IMG/VR virus record: IMGVR_UViG_2061766007_000208
Strand: one strand, 5' to 3'
Source: an uncultured virus (IMG/VR IMGVR_UViG_2061766007_000208)
Lineage: Duplodnaviria > Heunggongvirae > Uroviricota > Caudoviricetes
Length of the DNA: 63,992 bases
Positions 43,008 through 54,704 of the stretch are shown one piece after another (within the stretch, counting starts at the first letter, position 1; the number at the start of each line of letters is the position of its first letter). The position numbers were made by a program, and so were the translations under genes. Under the pieces are notes generated by a model that saw only the letters and a program-made list of their open reading frames with translations, searched no databases and was not told the origin of the DNA.

Positions 43008-46000
43008 TTATGCAGCAACCCAGCCATATCCCTGGACGGCCATGTCAATGAAGTGCATTAGGAGCAGATCAATTTTAACTACAAAGGTGTCTTTGTCATA
43101 CGACATGGGAAGGTCAGCATCCAATGACTTTTCGATTGCTGATTTCACTTTTGCGCGTGGCTGCTCATCTTTGTACCAATCAACAACCAAGAGCTCAGAT
43201 TTTTCCTCTGTGAGCTTCTTGAAGAGATTCTTCGCGGAAAGCTTAACCTTTTGCTCTTCTTCTTTCGTTAGTTTCTTTCCAGCAATAAGAAGATCAAATA
43301 TCTCCAATTCTTCCTCTGATAAGCCCTCAGCTTCCGGTCGTTTCTCCTCTCGTTTCAGGTCTTCAATGAGCTGAAGGAGCTGCTCATAGTAATCTTCGTT
43401 TTCTGAGCCGCCGGCATTGTAGCGATCGATGATATTCCTAAAGCGTTGTGAGAACTTCTGCCTTGTGCAGTTACGACTGAGCATCTGCTGGAGTGCTTGT
43501 TCGATAAATGCCTTGAGATCGTCAATTTCAACTGCTTTATATTTTGCAACACGGATCTCCTTTTTGAGCTCCTCCACATCAAGCTTGGACAAATCGATGA
43601 CTTTGCCCTGGTGGATCACTAAACCGTCGTCATTATCCTCGGCCTGCTGGGAAGAAACACTAGTATCGAGCACTTGCGCCATGCGAAGCCGTGCCCGTTT
43701 GATTTTTTCATCGTCGATAGTGTGACAAAACAGGCCATATATGTAAGCTAATGGCGGAAATTTCTCATTGCTCCAATGTTTTTCGAAGATCTCCGGACGG
43801 GACGCTTCGTACAGGTTTATCAGCGTATTAAGAATTACCTTGAATTTGTCTTTGTTTTCGTCGTTCGAAATGATGGTATTGTACGCATCACGCAGTTTGT
43901 CCAGGCGATCAAGTGTTGATGCTTCTGAAATAATAGCGCCCAGGTCGATACCAAGCCCCAACAGGAATTCATCCGCTTCATCCACCGCGCTGTTAATCAG
44001 CACGATAAGTTTGTCGATATCTTTTGCTGGGAATTCTGTTCCATCGTCACCGGATGCATATTCTGTAAGTGCCTTCTGCATGTATTTAAACACATTTACG
44101 TAGTCGACAATGATACCACAGGACTTTCCGGGAAAAACCCGGTTAGCGCGGGCGATGGCTTGCATCAGCGTGTGGCTCTTCATCGGCTTATCCAAATACA
44201 GGGTTGACATATTCTCGACATCAAAACCGGTAAGCCACATGGCGCAGACGAACACCAGCTGCAATGGATCGTCGGGATCTTTGAAGCGGTCCTCAATGTC
44301 TAATCCTTCCGGCGTAACTGCATTCATCTTTTGCCGATGCATAGCAATATCTAAGCCCTGACTCTGGAACTTCTCAACCTCATCCGCCTCTTCGGATACG
44401 ATCACAGCCATCTCCACGCGGTTCATATAGGCCAGAATCCGCGTCAGTTCATCGCGCTGTTCTTTAGTCGCCGCAGTGTTGCGCTCCTGCATGATCTTTT
44501 GCTTTTCGATCGCCCAATAGTGTTGCACTTTGTCGTACATTTTCACTGTTGTGTACTTATCAACGGAGACTACCATGCCCTTCCCAAGGAATCCCCGGCG
44601 CGGGAAGTGGTGTGCAATGTCCTGTGCAATCTTATCGATGCGGTCATCCCGCTTGATGACTTCCAGAATCCGGGACGACGAATTCTCCAGCAACCGGGTC
44701 TCGTCTTCGTTCAGGTTCTCATCCTCAATGATATCCACTACGTCATCATCCAAGAAATCGTTCTCCAGCCCGACCTCCGGCACACGGCGGGAATAGAACA
44801 GCGGCACTGTGGAACCATCTTCAACCGACTGGGCAAAGTTGTATTCGGAAACGTAGTTACCAAACCACTGATTTGTCAACCGCTTGCTACCCAGAAGCGG
44901 TGTACCGGTAAAAGCAATATAATTAGCGTTGGGCAGCGCAGTGCGCATGTTTTCCGCCAGATCTTTATACTGTGTGCGGTGTGCCTCATCCACCAGTACA
45001 ATGATATCGTCTCGTGTGGAGAGAACAGGGTATTTTTTGCCTTTATCATAGCGGAACTTGTGGATCAGCGTAAAGATAAAGGATTTGTTGGTCTGTAGAT
45101 ACTCACGGAGCTGCTGGCCGTTCTTGGGCTGGCACTCCTCCTTAGCACCGATCACCCCGGTTTTTTCAAAGTTTTTCTTAATTTGCTCGTCCAAATCCTC
45201 ACGGTCTGTAATAATCAGGAAGGTGAAATTGCCTGGGATTTTCCGCCGCACCTTACGAACGAAAAACACCATGGAATAGGATTTACCAGAGCCCTGTGTA
45301 TGCCAGAATACTCCCAACTTGCCCTGCAACTCGGCGCGGTTCTTCACAGATTCCATCAGATTATTTACGCCAAAATACTGATGATTTTTGGCGATGATCT
45401 TATTCCTCTGGTTGCGGAACATAATGAAGTTTTCTATGTAATCAAGCAGACGATCCTTCCGTAGCAGACCGTCGACAAAGAACCGGACAGAGCTTTCACC
45501 AACTGTCCCTGCGTCTTTAATCGCTTTTCTATCTGGGCGTTCCTTCTCGGACTCCACCTTCAGCCATTCAAAGAAGTGATTGTATGTGGCATTGAACGCC
45601 CCGAGGCGAGTCTCAAGGCCGTTAGAGAGAACGCAGATTTGGTTAAAAGCAAACAGGTTCGGGATATCACGCAGATAGTTTTTCAGGTTGTCATTATACG
45701 CCTCTTCGACCTTTACAATGCTGTTTTTTAGCTCGATGAACACCATCGGCAGGCCGTTTATGAAGATAAGTACATCCGGCCGGCGCCAATATACCCTGCC
45801 CTGAATCCACATCTGCGAAACAGCAGTAAACGTATTGTTTTCCGGACGGTCATAATCCACCAGCTTCACGAAATCAAAATCATCTTTCCCGTTGCGTCGG
45901 AGAGTGATCTTGATGCCGCTACGAATCTGATTATAGTACTTGTAATTGGTGCTCGTCATATCCGTGGCGCTGAAATCGCGGCATAGATCCCTAGCTATTT

Positions 46001-46229
46001 CCTCCAGTTTTTCCTGTGGAATGCCGGGATTCAGGCGAGCCAAAGCCTCCCGTAAAACTTGCGGGAGAACGCACTCTTTCTTGTTTCCGCGTCCCGTGCC
46101 GTCTGGCAGCGTTTCTCGCTTTTCCGGCGACGGATCACAGCGCAGGATATCGTAGACAAATGGTTCTGCATCCAACTTCTGCAAAATCGCCTGTTCGATA
46201 TCGTCTTCGGATATGAAGTTGCGCATCAT
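43008..46229 (-). CDS. hsdR: Type I restriction enzyme R subunit
   Basis: RPD...NGLP...ELK, HTQGSGKS, DEAHR, FTGTP, MWLTGFD and QAIARANR. Confidence 0.96.
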   Translation of the reverse strand: MMRNFISEDDIEQAILQKLDAEPFVYDILRCDPSPEKRETLPDGTGRGNKKECVLPQVLREALARLNPGIPQEKLEEIARDLCRDFSATDMTSTNYKYYNQIRSGIKITLRRNGKDDFDFVKLVDYDRPENNTFTAVSQMWIQGRVYWRRPDVLIFINGLPMVFIELKNSIVKVEEAYNDNLKNYLRDIPNLFAFNQICVLSNGLETRLGAFNATYNHFFEWLKVESEKERPDRKAIKDAGTVGESSVRFFVDGLLRKDRLLDYIENFIMFRNQRNKIIAKNHQYFGVNNLMESVKNRAELQGKLGVFWHTQGSGKSYSMVFFVRKVRRKIPGNFTFLIITDREDLDEQIKKNFEKTGVIGAKEECQPKNGQQLREYLQTNKSFIFTLIHKFRYDKGKKYPVLSTRDDIIVLVDEAHRTQYKDLAENMRTALPNANYIAFTGTPLLGSKRLTNQWFGNYVSEYNFAQSVEDGSTVPLFYSRRVPEVGLENDFLDDDVVDIIEDENLNEDETRLLENSSSRILEVIKRDDRIDKIAQDIAHHFPRRGFLGKGMVVSVDKYTTVKMYDKVQHYWAIEKQKIMQERNTAATKEQRDELTRILAYMNRVEMAVIVSEEADEVEKFQSQGLDIAMHRQKMNAVTPEGLDIEDRFKDPDDPLQLVFVCAMWLTGFDVENMSTLYLDKPMKSHTLMQAIARANRVFPGKSCGIIVDYVNVFKYMQKALTEYASGDDGTEFPAKDIDKLIVLINSAVDEADEFLLGLGIDLGAIISEASTLDRLDKLRDAYNTIISNDENKDKFKVILNTLINLYEASRPEIFEKHWSNEKFPPLAYIYGLFCHTIDDEKIKRARLRMAQVLDTSVSSQQAEDNDDGLVIHQGKVIDLSKLDVEELKKEIRVAKYKAVEIDDLKAFIEQALQQMLSRNCTRQKFSQRFRNIIDRYNAGGSENEDYYEQLLQLIEDLKREEKRPEAEGLSEEELEIFDLLIAGKKLTKEEEQKVKLSAKNLFKKLTEEKSELLVVDWYKDEQPRAKVKSAIEKSLDADLPMSYDKDTFVVKIDLLLMHFIDMAVQGYGWVAA

Positions 46230-46239
46230 GGCACCTCCG

Positions 46240-47379
46240 TTATTGTACTTCCAACTTTCCACTCATTAGTCGCGGAAGAAGTAAATCGCGTTGTTTGATC
46301 AGATTTTCCTGGCATCTAATCAAGGAAATAATATCGCGATGAATAGGCTCGATAATGTGCTCAAATTGCTCAATCAAGGAATTATCTGGTTTAAAGGCCT
46401 TGGCGTTTTTGATTGTGCCTCGATATAGTTCCTGTTGATTTGTTGAACCAATTCCCATATTCATGAACCAAGGTTGCATTTCTTTGAGCGTCCAGTATAA
46501 GAAGTGTCTCCCTATTGAAGCTTTTGCTCGGACCAGAGTAACATGAGAGTCAAATGTTGTGCCCGGGAAATCGCCACATACTTGTCCAACTCTGCCAAGA
46601 GTCCCTGTTCCTGTTGAGCAAATAACTGTGTCTCCATCGACCAAATTCAGTTCTGGTCTGAATGCCTTTGTATGTTTTCTGGCCTCGTTGATATCCATGA
46701 TGTTCTGCCGGATGCACTTTTGGCTGATAACCGTCAACTCTCCAGCATCATCATAATCAGGGGAAATACCACGTTGACAGACATCCGATAGTGATTCAAC
46801 TGTACAATACTCCCACCCCTTCGGGACGCCATTTTCATACTCTGTGGTTTTGTGGCCGGGGAAGCGGAATCGTACGAACCACTCCTTATACAGGTTTTCC
46901 GCCATCTGCTCCAGCACCTTGATCCGCTTGTTGTTGACCTCAATCAGATTGTCGTAGGCGGAGAGAATTCCTGCTATTCGCTCCTGAAAATGTTTCGGTG
47001 GTATTGGTGCTTTTAGGCTATAGATTGTCTTCGGAGTAACATGTGGAATTGCCGACCCGTTTTGTAAATCTCGAAGCGCTTTTCCGTAGTTTGTGAGTAA
47101 ATAGAATATAAACTCGACCTGATTGTCTCCGATTGGTTCGGCCAAAAAACCGTCTGTAATAAAAATAGGTTCGTTCCAGAACGAAGTATATCCCGCGGAA
47201 GCTCCGCTTCTTGAGATTACGATTGCTTTTCCATCATGATTGTATCGATTAATGAAATAAGCAGGTTCTTTTCCGCCCAGTATTACTGGATATGGGCCGG
47301 CTTCTTCGCTTGCCTTTGTAATTGCTTCCCCCTTGGAAATGGTCATTATTTGGCTGAATCTTTTTGTTTCCCAATTCAT
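46240..47379 (-). CDS. hsdS: Type I RM specificity subunit
   Basis: Two AT-rich TRDs; central ILSAYDNLIEVNNKRI..LEQMA..LYKEWFV and C-terminal RDLLLPRLMSG. Confidence 0.93.
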   Translation of the reverse strand: MNWETKRFSQIMTISKGEAITKASEEAGPYPVILGGKEPAYFINRYNHDGKAIVISRSGASAGYTSFWNEPIFITDGFLAEPIGDNQVEFIFYLLTNYGKALRDLQNGSAIPHVTPKTIYSLKAPIPPKHFQERIAGILSAYDNLIEVNNKRIKVLEQMAENLYKEWFVRFRFPGHKTTEYENGVPKGWEYCTVESLSDVCQRGISPDYDDAGELTVISQKCIRQNIMDINEARKHTKAFRPELNLVDGDTVICSTGTGTLGRVGQVCGDFPGTTFDSHVTLVRAKASIGRHFLYWTLKEMQPWFMNMGIGSTNQQELYRGTIKNAKAFKPDNSLIEQFEHIIEPIHRDIISLIRCQENLIKQRDLLLPRLMSGKLEVQ

Positions 47380-48497
47380 TGAAACAGCCTCCGTATGTTC
47401 CCGGCAATCAGCGCTTCCAACTTCTTTGCCTCGTCATTCAGTGCCTCAAACTCCGCGTTCAGGCCCAGCATGGTCTCCCGGAACTCCTCCTCGGAAAGAC
47501 CATCGTCCTCGATGACCACACCCACATAGCGCCCGGCATTCAAGGAATAATCCTGATCTATAATACCGTCTTCGCCCTCCATTTTCGCCGCCTTACACAG
47601 GCCGACCACGTCCCGATATACACCATCCGGGAAACGCTCAGTCAGCCAGTCGATCTGCGCCTGCCAGTATGCCTTGGTCTTGGTCTCCTTGTCCTCGGCT
47701 TCCACCGGCGCGCCAGCCAGCGCGGCCTTGTATTCCTCAACCAGCGCGGCAAAGGCGTCCGTGTCGCCCTGATATAGACGAGTAATGATGCCGAGGTTCT
47801 TGATCTGCTCATCGCTGAACTTACGGTGTGCCCGATCCACCTGGGTAAAGGTGTTACGGGCATCGATGAACAGTATTTCATCCTTCTTGTCCGTCTGGGG
47901 CTTGTGCTTGTTGAAGAACCATAGTGTGGCGGGCAACGTAACAGAGGAGAACATGTTGGAGGGCAGCGTCACCATCTGGCTGATGATGCCCTCTTCGATC
48001 ATCTTCTTGCGGATCTCATATTCGCTCTTGCCGGCGTCGGAGGCGGAATTGGCCATAACCAGTGCCGCTTTGCCGTGTTCGTTCAGCGCCGTGGCAAAGT
48101 ACCCTATCCATAGATAGTTGGCGTTAGGTACGGTCTCCTTTTTGTCCGAGGTCTTCTTGGCTGATTTGGTAGCGTTGCGCGGTACACCATAGGTGTTGAA
48201 ACGGGCGTCGCCGCTGACGCGATCAAATGACACCTCATCTACGTTGAAGGGTGGATTCGCCATGACGTAATCGAACGCGCCAAAGGCATTATAGGGATCG
48301 GAATAGAAGGAGTTAGCCTCGATGATCTCACCGCGCACGTTGTTGAGCAGCAGATTCATCTTGGCGAGCTTCACCGTGTCCGGTTCCTTCTCTACCCCAT
48401 AGCAGCGGAACTTCATCTGCTCAGCTTCGCTGGCGTTGTGGGCGTGCATATACCGTGCCGCCTGCACAAACATTCCGCCAGACCCACATGCAGGATC
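47376..48497 (-). pseudogene. hsdM: Type I methyltransferase, 5'-truncated at motif I
   Basis: Homology begins at DPACGSGGMF and NPPFN is present. The N-terminal domain and GEFFTP motif are absent although the sequence is gap-free here. Confidence 0.82.
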
Positions 48498-48726
48498 TAT
48501 CTTATAGTCGTCTTTGATACGTCCCCTATATGTGCGCTTAGCCCAGAAGCGGCCTGAAATGGCTTGTTTTCTGGGCTTTTTTGCTTTTACGGCAGTTTGC
48601 ATCAGGCTGCTCCTTCTTGCGAAATCGGTCGGATGGCGGTCTGTCACTGTGCCTCAGCCGCACCGGTGACAGCGCGAGTCAAGGAATAATTAAATCGTTC
48701 AGGAATAATTAAAAGGTATGGAAACA

Positions 48727-48933
48727 TTAAAAGGTATCCTGTATTCCCATTTTCTCGATCAGGTCATGGAGGCTTTTATCATGCTGTGCCTGTGAGATAG
48801 CGCCGCGCTCCAGAAACATGTCGAGCATTGTCTTCTGCCGGAAGAAAAGTTGTCTGTTCTTTTCCTCATGGCTCAAGGTAGGCCAGTCAGCAGTGTATTT
48901 GTTTATATCCACGAATTCTTGTTCTCTCATCAT
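48727..48933 (-). CDS. Small hypothetical protein, SHOCT-like C-terminus
   Basis: MLDMFLERGAISQAQHDK; overlaps the upstream stop. Confidence 0.5.
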   Translation of the reverse strand: MMREQEFVDINKYTADWPTLSHEEKNRQLFFRQKTMLDMFLERGAISQAQHDKSLHDLIEKMGIQDTF

Positions 48934-49649
48934 TCTGTAGCGGCTTTAGTTCTTTTTGCTTCCTGATTTACAATCATACAGAGACTTTGAACCGCATTGA
49001 AGAGGCGTATACAATCTATCTCCGTCTGCTCATAATCAGATCTCCCATGAAGTAGCCAATGCCTGTTGATTATATCTGGCTCATCAGAATTGAAATCACT
49101 TTTTTCATAGAGTTTCCGGATGAATGTGTTATACGAAATCCAGACATGCTTTTCTATAGTACTTCCATCAGCGGGAAAATTGTCCACATGATACTGGCAG
49201 ATCCTCATCATTCTGACATCCTGCTTATCATCTCCAAATTCAGACAGTATACCCTCAATCACAGACAACAAAGAGGTAGAGCAAACTGCATAAAGTCTGC
49301 CTTGAAAAGCATCCCAGCACTGCCGTACCAGCTCTTTCAGCGGTTTACGGATCTTGGATTGGAGAATGGAATCAATCATGTTTTTTGTAACCTTGTAGTC
49401 ATCGCGAGTAAAAAAATCTGCTAAAAAAGCATTTATATCTTCAATTTCTTCCGTCTGTCCAATCACGTTAACCGCATATATTCCAAGCTCTGCAGGCAGA
49501 GTCCACCCATCCGAGGCGAGTTTATCTACTACAGAATCAAGCGTTTTATCAAATTGAGTAATGCTCTTTTTCGTTTCTTTTTCTATATGCTTATTAAACG
49601 CATCCTGTAATTTCTTTATCTGCTCCGGAGTCAAATCTTGAAGGCTCAT
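48930..49649 (-). CDS. Hypothetical protein with HEPN-like RxxxxH motif
   Basis: Helical, AT-rich; LLSVIEG followed by INRHWLLHG near the C-terminus. Confidence 0.6.
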   Translation of the reverse strand: MSLQDLTPEQIKKLQDAFNKHIEKETKKSITQFDKTLDSVVDKLASDGWTLPAELGIYAVNVIGQTEEIEDINAFLADFFTRDDYKVTKNMIDSILQSKIRKPLKELVRQCWDAFQGRLYAVCSTSLLSVIEGILSEFGDDKQDVRMMRICQYHVDNFPADGSTIEKHVWISYNTFIRKLYEKSDFNSDEPDIINRHWLLHGRSDYEQTEIDCIRLFNAVQSLCMIVNQEAKRTKAATE

Positions 49650-49726
49650 CTTATCCCTCCAATCATGGCGTAAATCTGGTTGTTCAGTCTATGTTCTCTA
49701 AATACAGAACCTCTATCCCAGTGGCC

Positions 49727-52700
49727 TTATCTCATCACTTTTTCCAACAGAGACTTATAGCTGTCCACAACGTCGTAGACAACATTGTCGCTTGAGATTG
49801 CCTTAAAATGTTCCCGTGCACAGTGAATCTTCGACTCCTCGATCAGGCGCAACTGCATTGAGCTCATGGAGCCCTTTGTCTCTGCCACGAAGTAGATATG
49901 CTTCACCTTTCCCTCATAGAAGGCAATCGCCCAGTCGGGATTGTAGTGGCCAACCGGTGTGGAGATGTAGAAGCCATCAGGCAATTTCACATAGACCGCC
50001 ACATCGACATTTGTATCCAGATCTGTGGCGAAATCACGCTCGTTGCTGGAATCGTACACGATATGGTCATACAGGTGCTTCTTGGCCTTCATGGCATTCA
50101 CGCCGAGCTTGCCTTTGATGGTGGGTTCGGTGAACACATCAGTATCATAGCGCTCGTCCAGAACGTCATAGGTAATATGCTCTATAATCGCCGTGGCCTT
50201 CTGGTCGTTGATCAGGGAAGCGGCCTTAATGATGAATTCCTCCGGATTGTCCTTAAACTGGTCAAACACCGCAGGCTGGATGCCCTGAAGGATCTGAATG
50301 ATCGCCTTTCTCGTAAGACCTGTCTCATCAACCAGTTTGCCCACCAGATCATATTTCACATTTGAGCTGGCAACAACCGTTGAACCATAACTGGCGGATT
50401 CCTCCTTCACAAAGGACGCACCTGAAAGAAGGTCCTCTTTTGACTTGATGGTATCCATCGCGCCGGTCTCGACTTTGAAGTAAATCTTTGACACCCGCAG
50501 CTTGCTGTCCAGTGAAGCAATGGCCTTCCGGACCAGCTCATCGGTATCAAAATNNNNNNNNNNACCGACTTGGCATTGATCCTCGACCACAGAGCTTTGA
50601 ATTCCGGCATCGCCAGCTTCTCATCATCCACCTGAAGCTCGACATTGTTGCTGCGAGCGTTTTCAGGCTGCAGACTCTTGGCGTCATAAATGGAGTCAAT
50701 AATCTCAATCACCGACGCAGCAGAATCCTCCACTTCCTCGGCGATCTTGATTTCACCGTTTGCCTTATCCGCGTAATACTTGTCCGTCAGATTGCCCTTG
50801 CGGTCGATGTAGCCATTGACAATCAGGTCATAGTGGATGGCGGACGCGGTATCCCGATCCACCACCTGCTCGTTACCCTTATCGTCTTTGATGACCTTGC
50901 CAACGAAGAGATCTACTGTAACAGCACGCGGACGGTCTGCCACGGCCTCGGCCATCTCAGTCTGGAGACCCTTGGCAAAGGAATCATAGCTCTCGCTGGC
51001 AATGACCGTCAGGACGTTCACGTTGTGGACATCGTTGCCCAACGCATTGGTATCCATGCGCTCGCCGTCCTGATTGACACAAAGGCGCAGGCCTCGACCG
51101 ACTTCCTGCCGCTTTCGGACATCGCTGCTGCTTTGCTTCAGCGTGCAAATCTGGAACACATTCGGATTGTCCCAGCCCTCACGCAGCGCAGAGTGTGAGA
51201 AGATGAAGCGCACGGGAGACTTCTTCGGATCGCGATCCAGAAGGAGCTCCTTGTTTTTCATGATCAGTTCATAGGCGCTGACATCATCCGAGGTGGTCTC
51301 TTTCTTGCCCATCTTGGGATCTACCATCTTGCCTTTGCCATCCACAGAGAAATATCCGGCATGCGTCTTGGAGGCCTTGATGCTGGCCAGATACTTGAGG
51401 TAATCATCCTCGCCGATGCCGATCTGCATCTGGCTAATGATGTCCTCATACTCCTCTTCAAACATGGTGGCATACTTTCCGTTCACCGGCTGACCGGCAG
51501 CATCATATTCTCGGTAGTTGGCCACCTCGTCGATGAAGAACAGGCTCAGGACTTTGATACCCTTGTAGAACAGCNNNNNNNNNNNNNNNNNTGAATCCGG
51601 CGCAGCTGGTCCTCATCGACCTTGCCGATCACGTCACCGGCATAGAGCTTGATGCCGTTCAGGAACTCTATGGAGTCATCGCGGCCATCAATAGCCTTCA
51701 CCACAAACCCGTTCCGGTATTCCTCCAATCCGTTGGAGTAGTCGTACAGGTTATCGCCGATCTTCACGACACGGCTTTTTGTCTTGGTGCCAGTGGCCTG
51801 CTTCACATCAAACTGGATTGTGGCCGTTGGATCGCTGTTGGAGAGATTGATACCCTCCAAATACACNNNNNNNNNNNNNNNNNNNNNNNNNNNNNNACTG
51901 CAATTTTCTTCACCAGACGCTTATTGTAGGCCTCCATAGCATCCAACCGATAGACCATATTAAAGATGCTGTCGGATTTATGCGTAGCGGAGTAACGCAG
52001 CGTCAGCAACGGATGAAACTCCTTAAGGCGCTCTTTTGTCTGCTTACCTTCGACCGACTGCGGCTCATCAATAATCAGGACTGGATTGGTCTTGGCAATG
52101 ATATCAATTGGCCTGCGGCTACGGAACTCGTCCAGCTTCATATAAATACGCCGCGCATCCTTGCCTTTGGCATTGAAGGCCTGTGAATTGATGATCATGA
52201 CGTTAATGGAGCTGTCGGAAGCAAAGCGGTCGATCTCTGTAAGCTGCGAGGAATTGTAGATGAAGAAGCGAATCTTCTTTCCGTACTCCTCGGCAAAATG
52301 CTCCTGCGTCATCTCGAAGGACTTATAGACGCCTTCGCGAATGGCGATGCTGGGCACCACGATGATGAACTTACTCCAGCCGTAGGCACGGTTCAGCTCG
52401 TACATCGTTTTGATATAGGTGTATGTCTTTCCAACACCGGTCTCCATCTCGACCGTCAGGTTATAGCCATCGGCGCGTCCTTCCAGCTTTGCAGACGGAG
52501 CAATCTGATTAGCACGCTGGATCTTCTGCAGGTGCTCCAGAATGAGCTGGTCGCTCAATTCCGGGATGATGCGATGATTGCTCCAGCCGGTANNNNNNNN
52601 NNNNNNNNNNNNNNNNNNNNNNNNNNAGCCACGGTCCATCATATAGGTAGGCGTCAGATATGGCTGTCCGGCAAATACGTCGACGACGGCCTTGGCAGCA

Positions 52701-52738
52701 TCGGCTTGGAATTTCTGGTGTTTGTATTGTATTCTCAT
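49727..52738 (-). CDS. res: Type III restriction enzyme Res subunit (gapped)
   Basis: [46 protein letters not shown] and YNPDWAI...ETKG. Confidence 0.93.
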
Positions 52739-52753
52739 GCGGATGCCACCTCC

Positions 52754-54703
52754 TTAGATTACTTTCACCCTCGTGTCCGGCGCGAGCATTTTGAAGATTT
52801 CGCCTACATTGATTTTCGCAGGACTACCACTAAAGCTGCTATCACGGAACACGGCACGGAGAGGCTGACGCTTTGCAATCGCTTTGATGACCGTATCCGG
52901 AACATTCTCATCGAAACACGCAATCAGGTCGCCGTCGTTGTAGGTATGGACAGTACAGCCATCGATCTTCTCCGATGTGTACGGAAGAGAGAGCGGAAGA
53001 CCCCACTCCAACAGGCAACCGAAGAGCAGATCGAGGTCGGTGCGGTCGGCCTTAACATTGTCTTCCAGCATTGTCAGAAGACCCTGCGTGTAGTCGCCTG
53101 CGGCATAATACACGTCGTTCATGTTGCTGTCGGCGAGTTTCAGGATGCGAAAACCCACATCGAGATTCTGTGTACCCAATGGGTCTTCCTTTTTCATTTT
53201 TTCGCCCGCTTTTCGTATTCTTTCTTCTCCAATACTGCAAATTGTAGGTTCATATCCTTTCGATTCCAGATACTTGATAGTTTCCAAGATATTAGCCTTC
53301 AATCTTGCATCCAGTCCAGACCGCGATGCAGCCTCGTGCAGATTTTCAGGTAATTGAACCATTATAAATTTCCGATGACCACCATCTTCGGCATTTAATT
53401 TCATCACAGCATGGGCGGTCGTTCCTGAGCCTGAGAAAAAGTCCATTACTATTGCATTCTTATCATCTGCTGTTGCTGCATAAACAGAGTCATATACAGT
53501 ATAAAGGCTTTTAGGAAATGAAAACCCTCCTCCGGGTACCAAGTCACTCACGATCTTGGTCCCGTACTCATTAGCATCATATTTTTTGTCATCCCAGACC
53601 GTCTTCTGTATTCCAAACGTTTTTCCTAACTCAATATCATATCCGGTAGAGATTTTTTTTGCGCGAAGCATACTCCATATGCTTTCCACCGTCTGTCTCG
53701 CATACCTCCACTTTCGCTCGACTCCCTGTCTATCAATAGGATAAACATAGAATTTATCCCCCTCTTGAACCGTCTGATCAGGGTGATAATCGTCAGGAGA
53801 AACATCACCAAAGCCAACTATCTTCCCGTTCTGCACTATAACGGGATAGAAGCAGTTTTTTGCATCTGTACGCTCAGATTCACTCCCCCAGTTTCGAAGC
53901 GGCGACCAACTTACATCCTCATCTGCTATCCTTTTATCAGCTATGACCTTTAATGCCTTTGGAAATACGAATATCGCATACTCGTTTGTATATGAGAAAT
54001 TCTTTCCTTGCTGTCCACGAGGATTATGAATAACCGTCACGCAAACATGATCGTAGGTGCCCTCGCCAAATATTTCTTTCAGAATCATTTGCAATGAGGA
54101 NNNNNNNNNNACCAAAACTCCGTCATCCGTTAAAAGATTTCTTGCAAGCAGCAGCCGTTGATACATCATAGTAATCCATGCAGAGTGATACCTTGCCGAT
54201 CCAACAGGATTAGAGGCTAATCTCGCGCCTTCCTCATCAACCAATCCAGCTTGTGTATCATACTCATCACTATCTACCGAGAAATCATTTCGATAGATAT
54301 AGTTTCGCCCCGTATTATAGGGAGGATCTATATAAATTAACTTTACCTGATGTAGATAACTCTCTTGAAGAGTTTTCAACACCTCAAGGTTGTCGCCCTC
54401 GATATAGAGGTTCTCCGTGGTATCCCAATCCACGCTCTCTTTCGGGTAGGGACGGAGCGTCTTGCGGATAGGTCTATTAGCCTCCACGATAGCTGCTTTC
54501 TTGCCGACCCATGTGAATTCGTAGGCTTCATCACCCTCCAACACATCGCCGGAGAGCATCTGCCGGAGCAGGTTAAAATTGATAACCTTCCTCAGTTTAC
54601 CGTCCTCGCCCTCGGCCTCTGTGATGCAATTCGGGAACAGCGCGGCAACCTTGTCGATGTTCTGAGCGGTCACATCCAGAGACTCCATTCTCATCTTTTC
54701 CAT
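52754..54703 (-). CDS. mod: Type III RM Mod subunit (gapped)
   Basis: NLYIEGDNL, YIDPPYNTG, FPK and DFFSGSGTTAHA; AT-rich central TRD. Confidence 0.93.
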   Translation of the reverse strand: MEKMRMESLDVTAQNIDKVAALFPNCITEAEGEDGKLRKVINFNLLRQMLSGDVLEGDEAYEFTWVGKKAAIVEANRPIRKTLRPYPKESVDWDTTENLYIEGDNLEVLKTLQESYLHQVKLIYIDPPYNTGRNYIYRNDFSVDSDEYDTQAGLVDEEGARLASNPVGSARYHSAWITMMYQRLLLARNLLTDDGVLXXXXSSLQMILKEIFGEGTYDHVCVTVIHNPRGQQGKNFSYTNEYAIFVFPKALKVIADKRIADEDVSWSPLRNWGSESERTDAKNCFYPVIVQNGKIVGFGDVSPDDYHPDQTVQEGDKFYVYPIDRQGVERKWRYARQTVESIWSMLRAKKISTGYDIELGKTFGIQKTVWDDKKYDANEYGTKIVSDLVPGGGFSFPKSLYTVYDSVYAATADDKNAIVMDFFSGSGTTAHAVMKLNAEDGGHRKFIMVQLPENLHEAASRSGLDARLKANILETIKYLESKGYEPTICSIGEERIRKAGEKMKKEDPLGTQNLDVGFRILKLADSNMNDVYYAAGDYTQGLLTMLEDNVKADRTDLDLLFGCLLEWGLPLSLPYTSEKIDGCTVHTYNDGDLIACFDENVPDTVIKAIAKRQPLRAVFRDSSFSGSPAKINVGEIFKMLAPDTRVKVI

Positions 54704-54704
54704 G

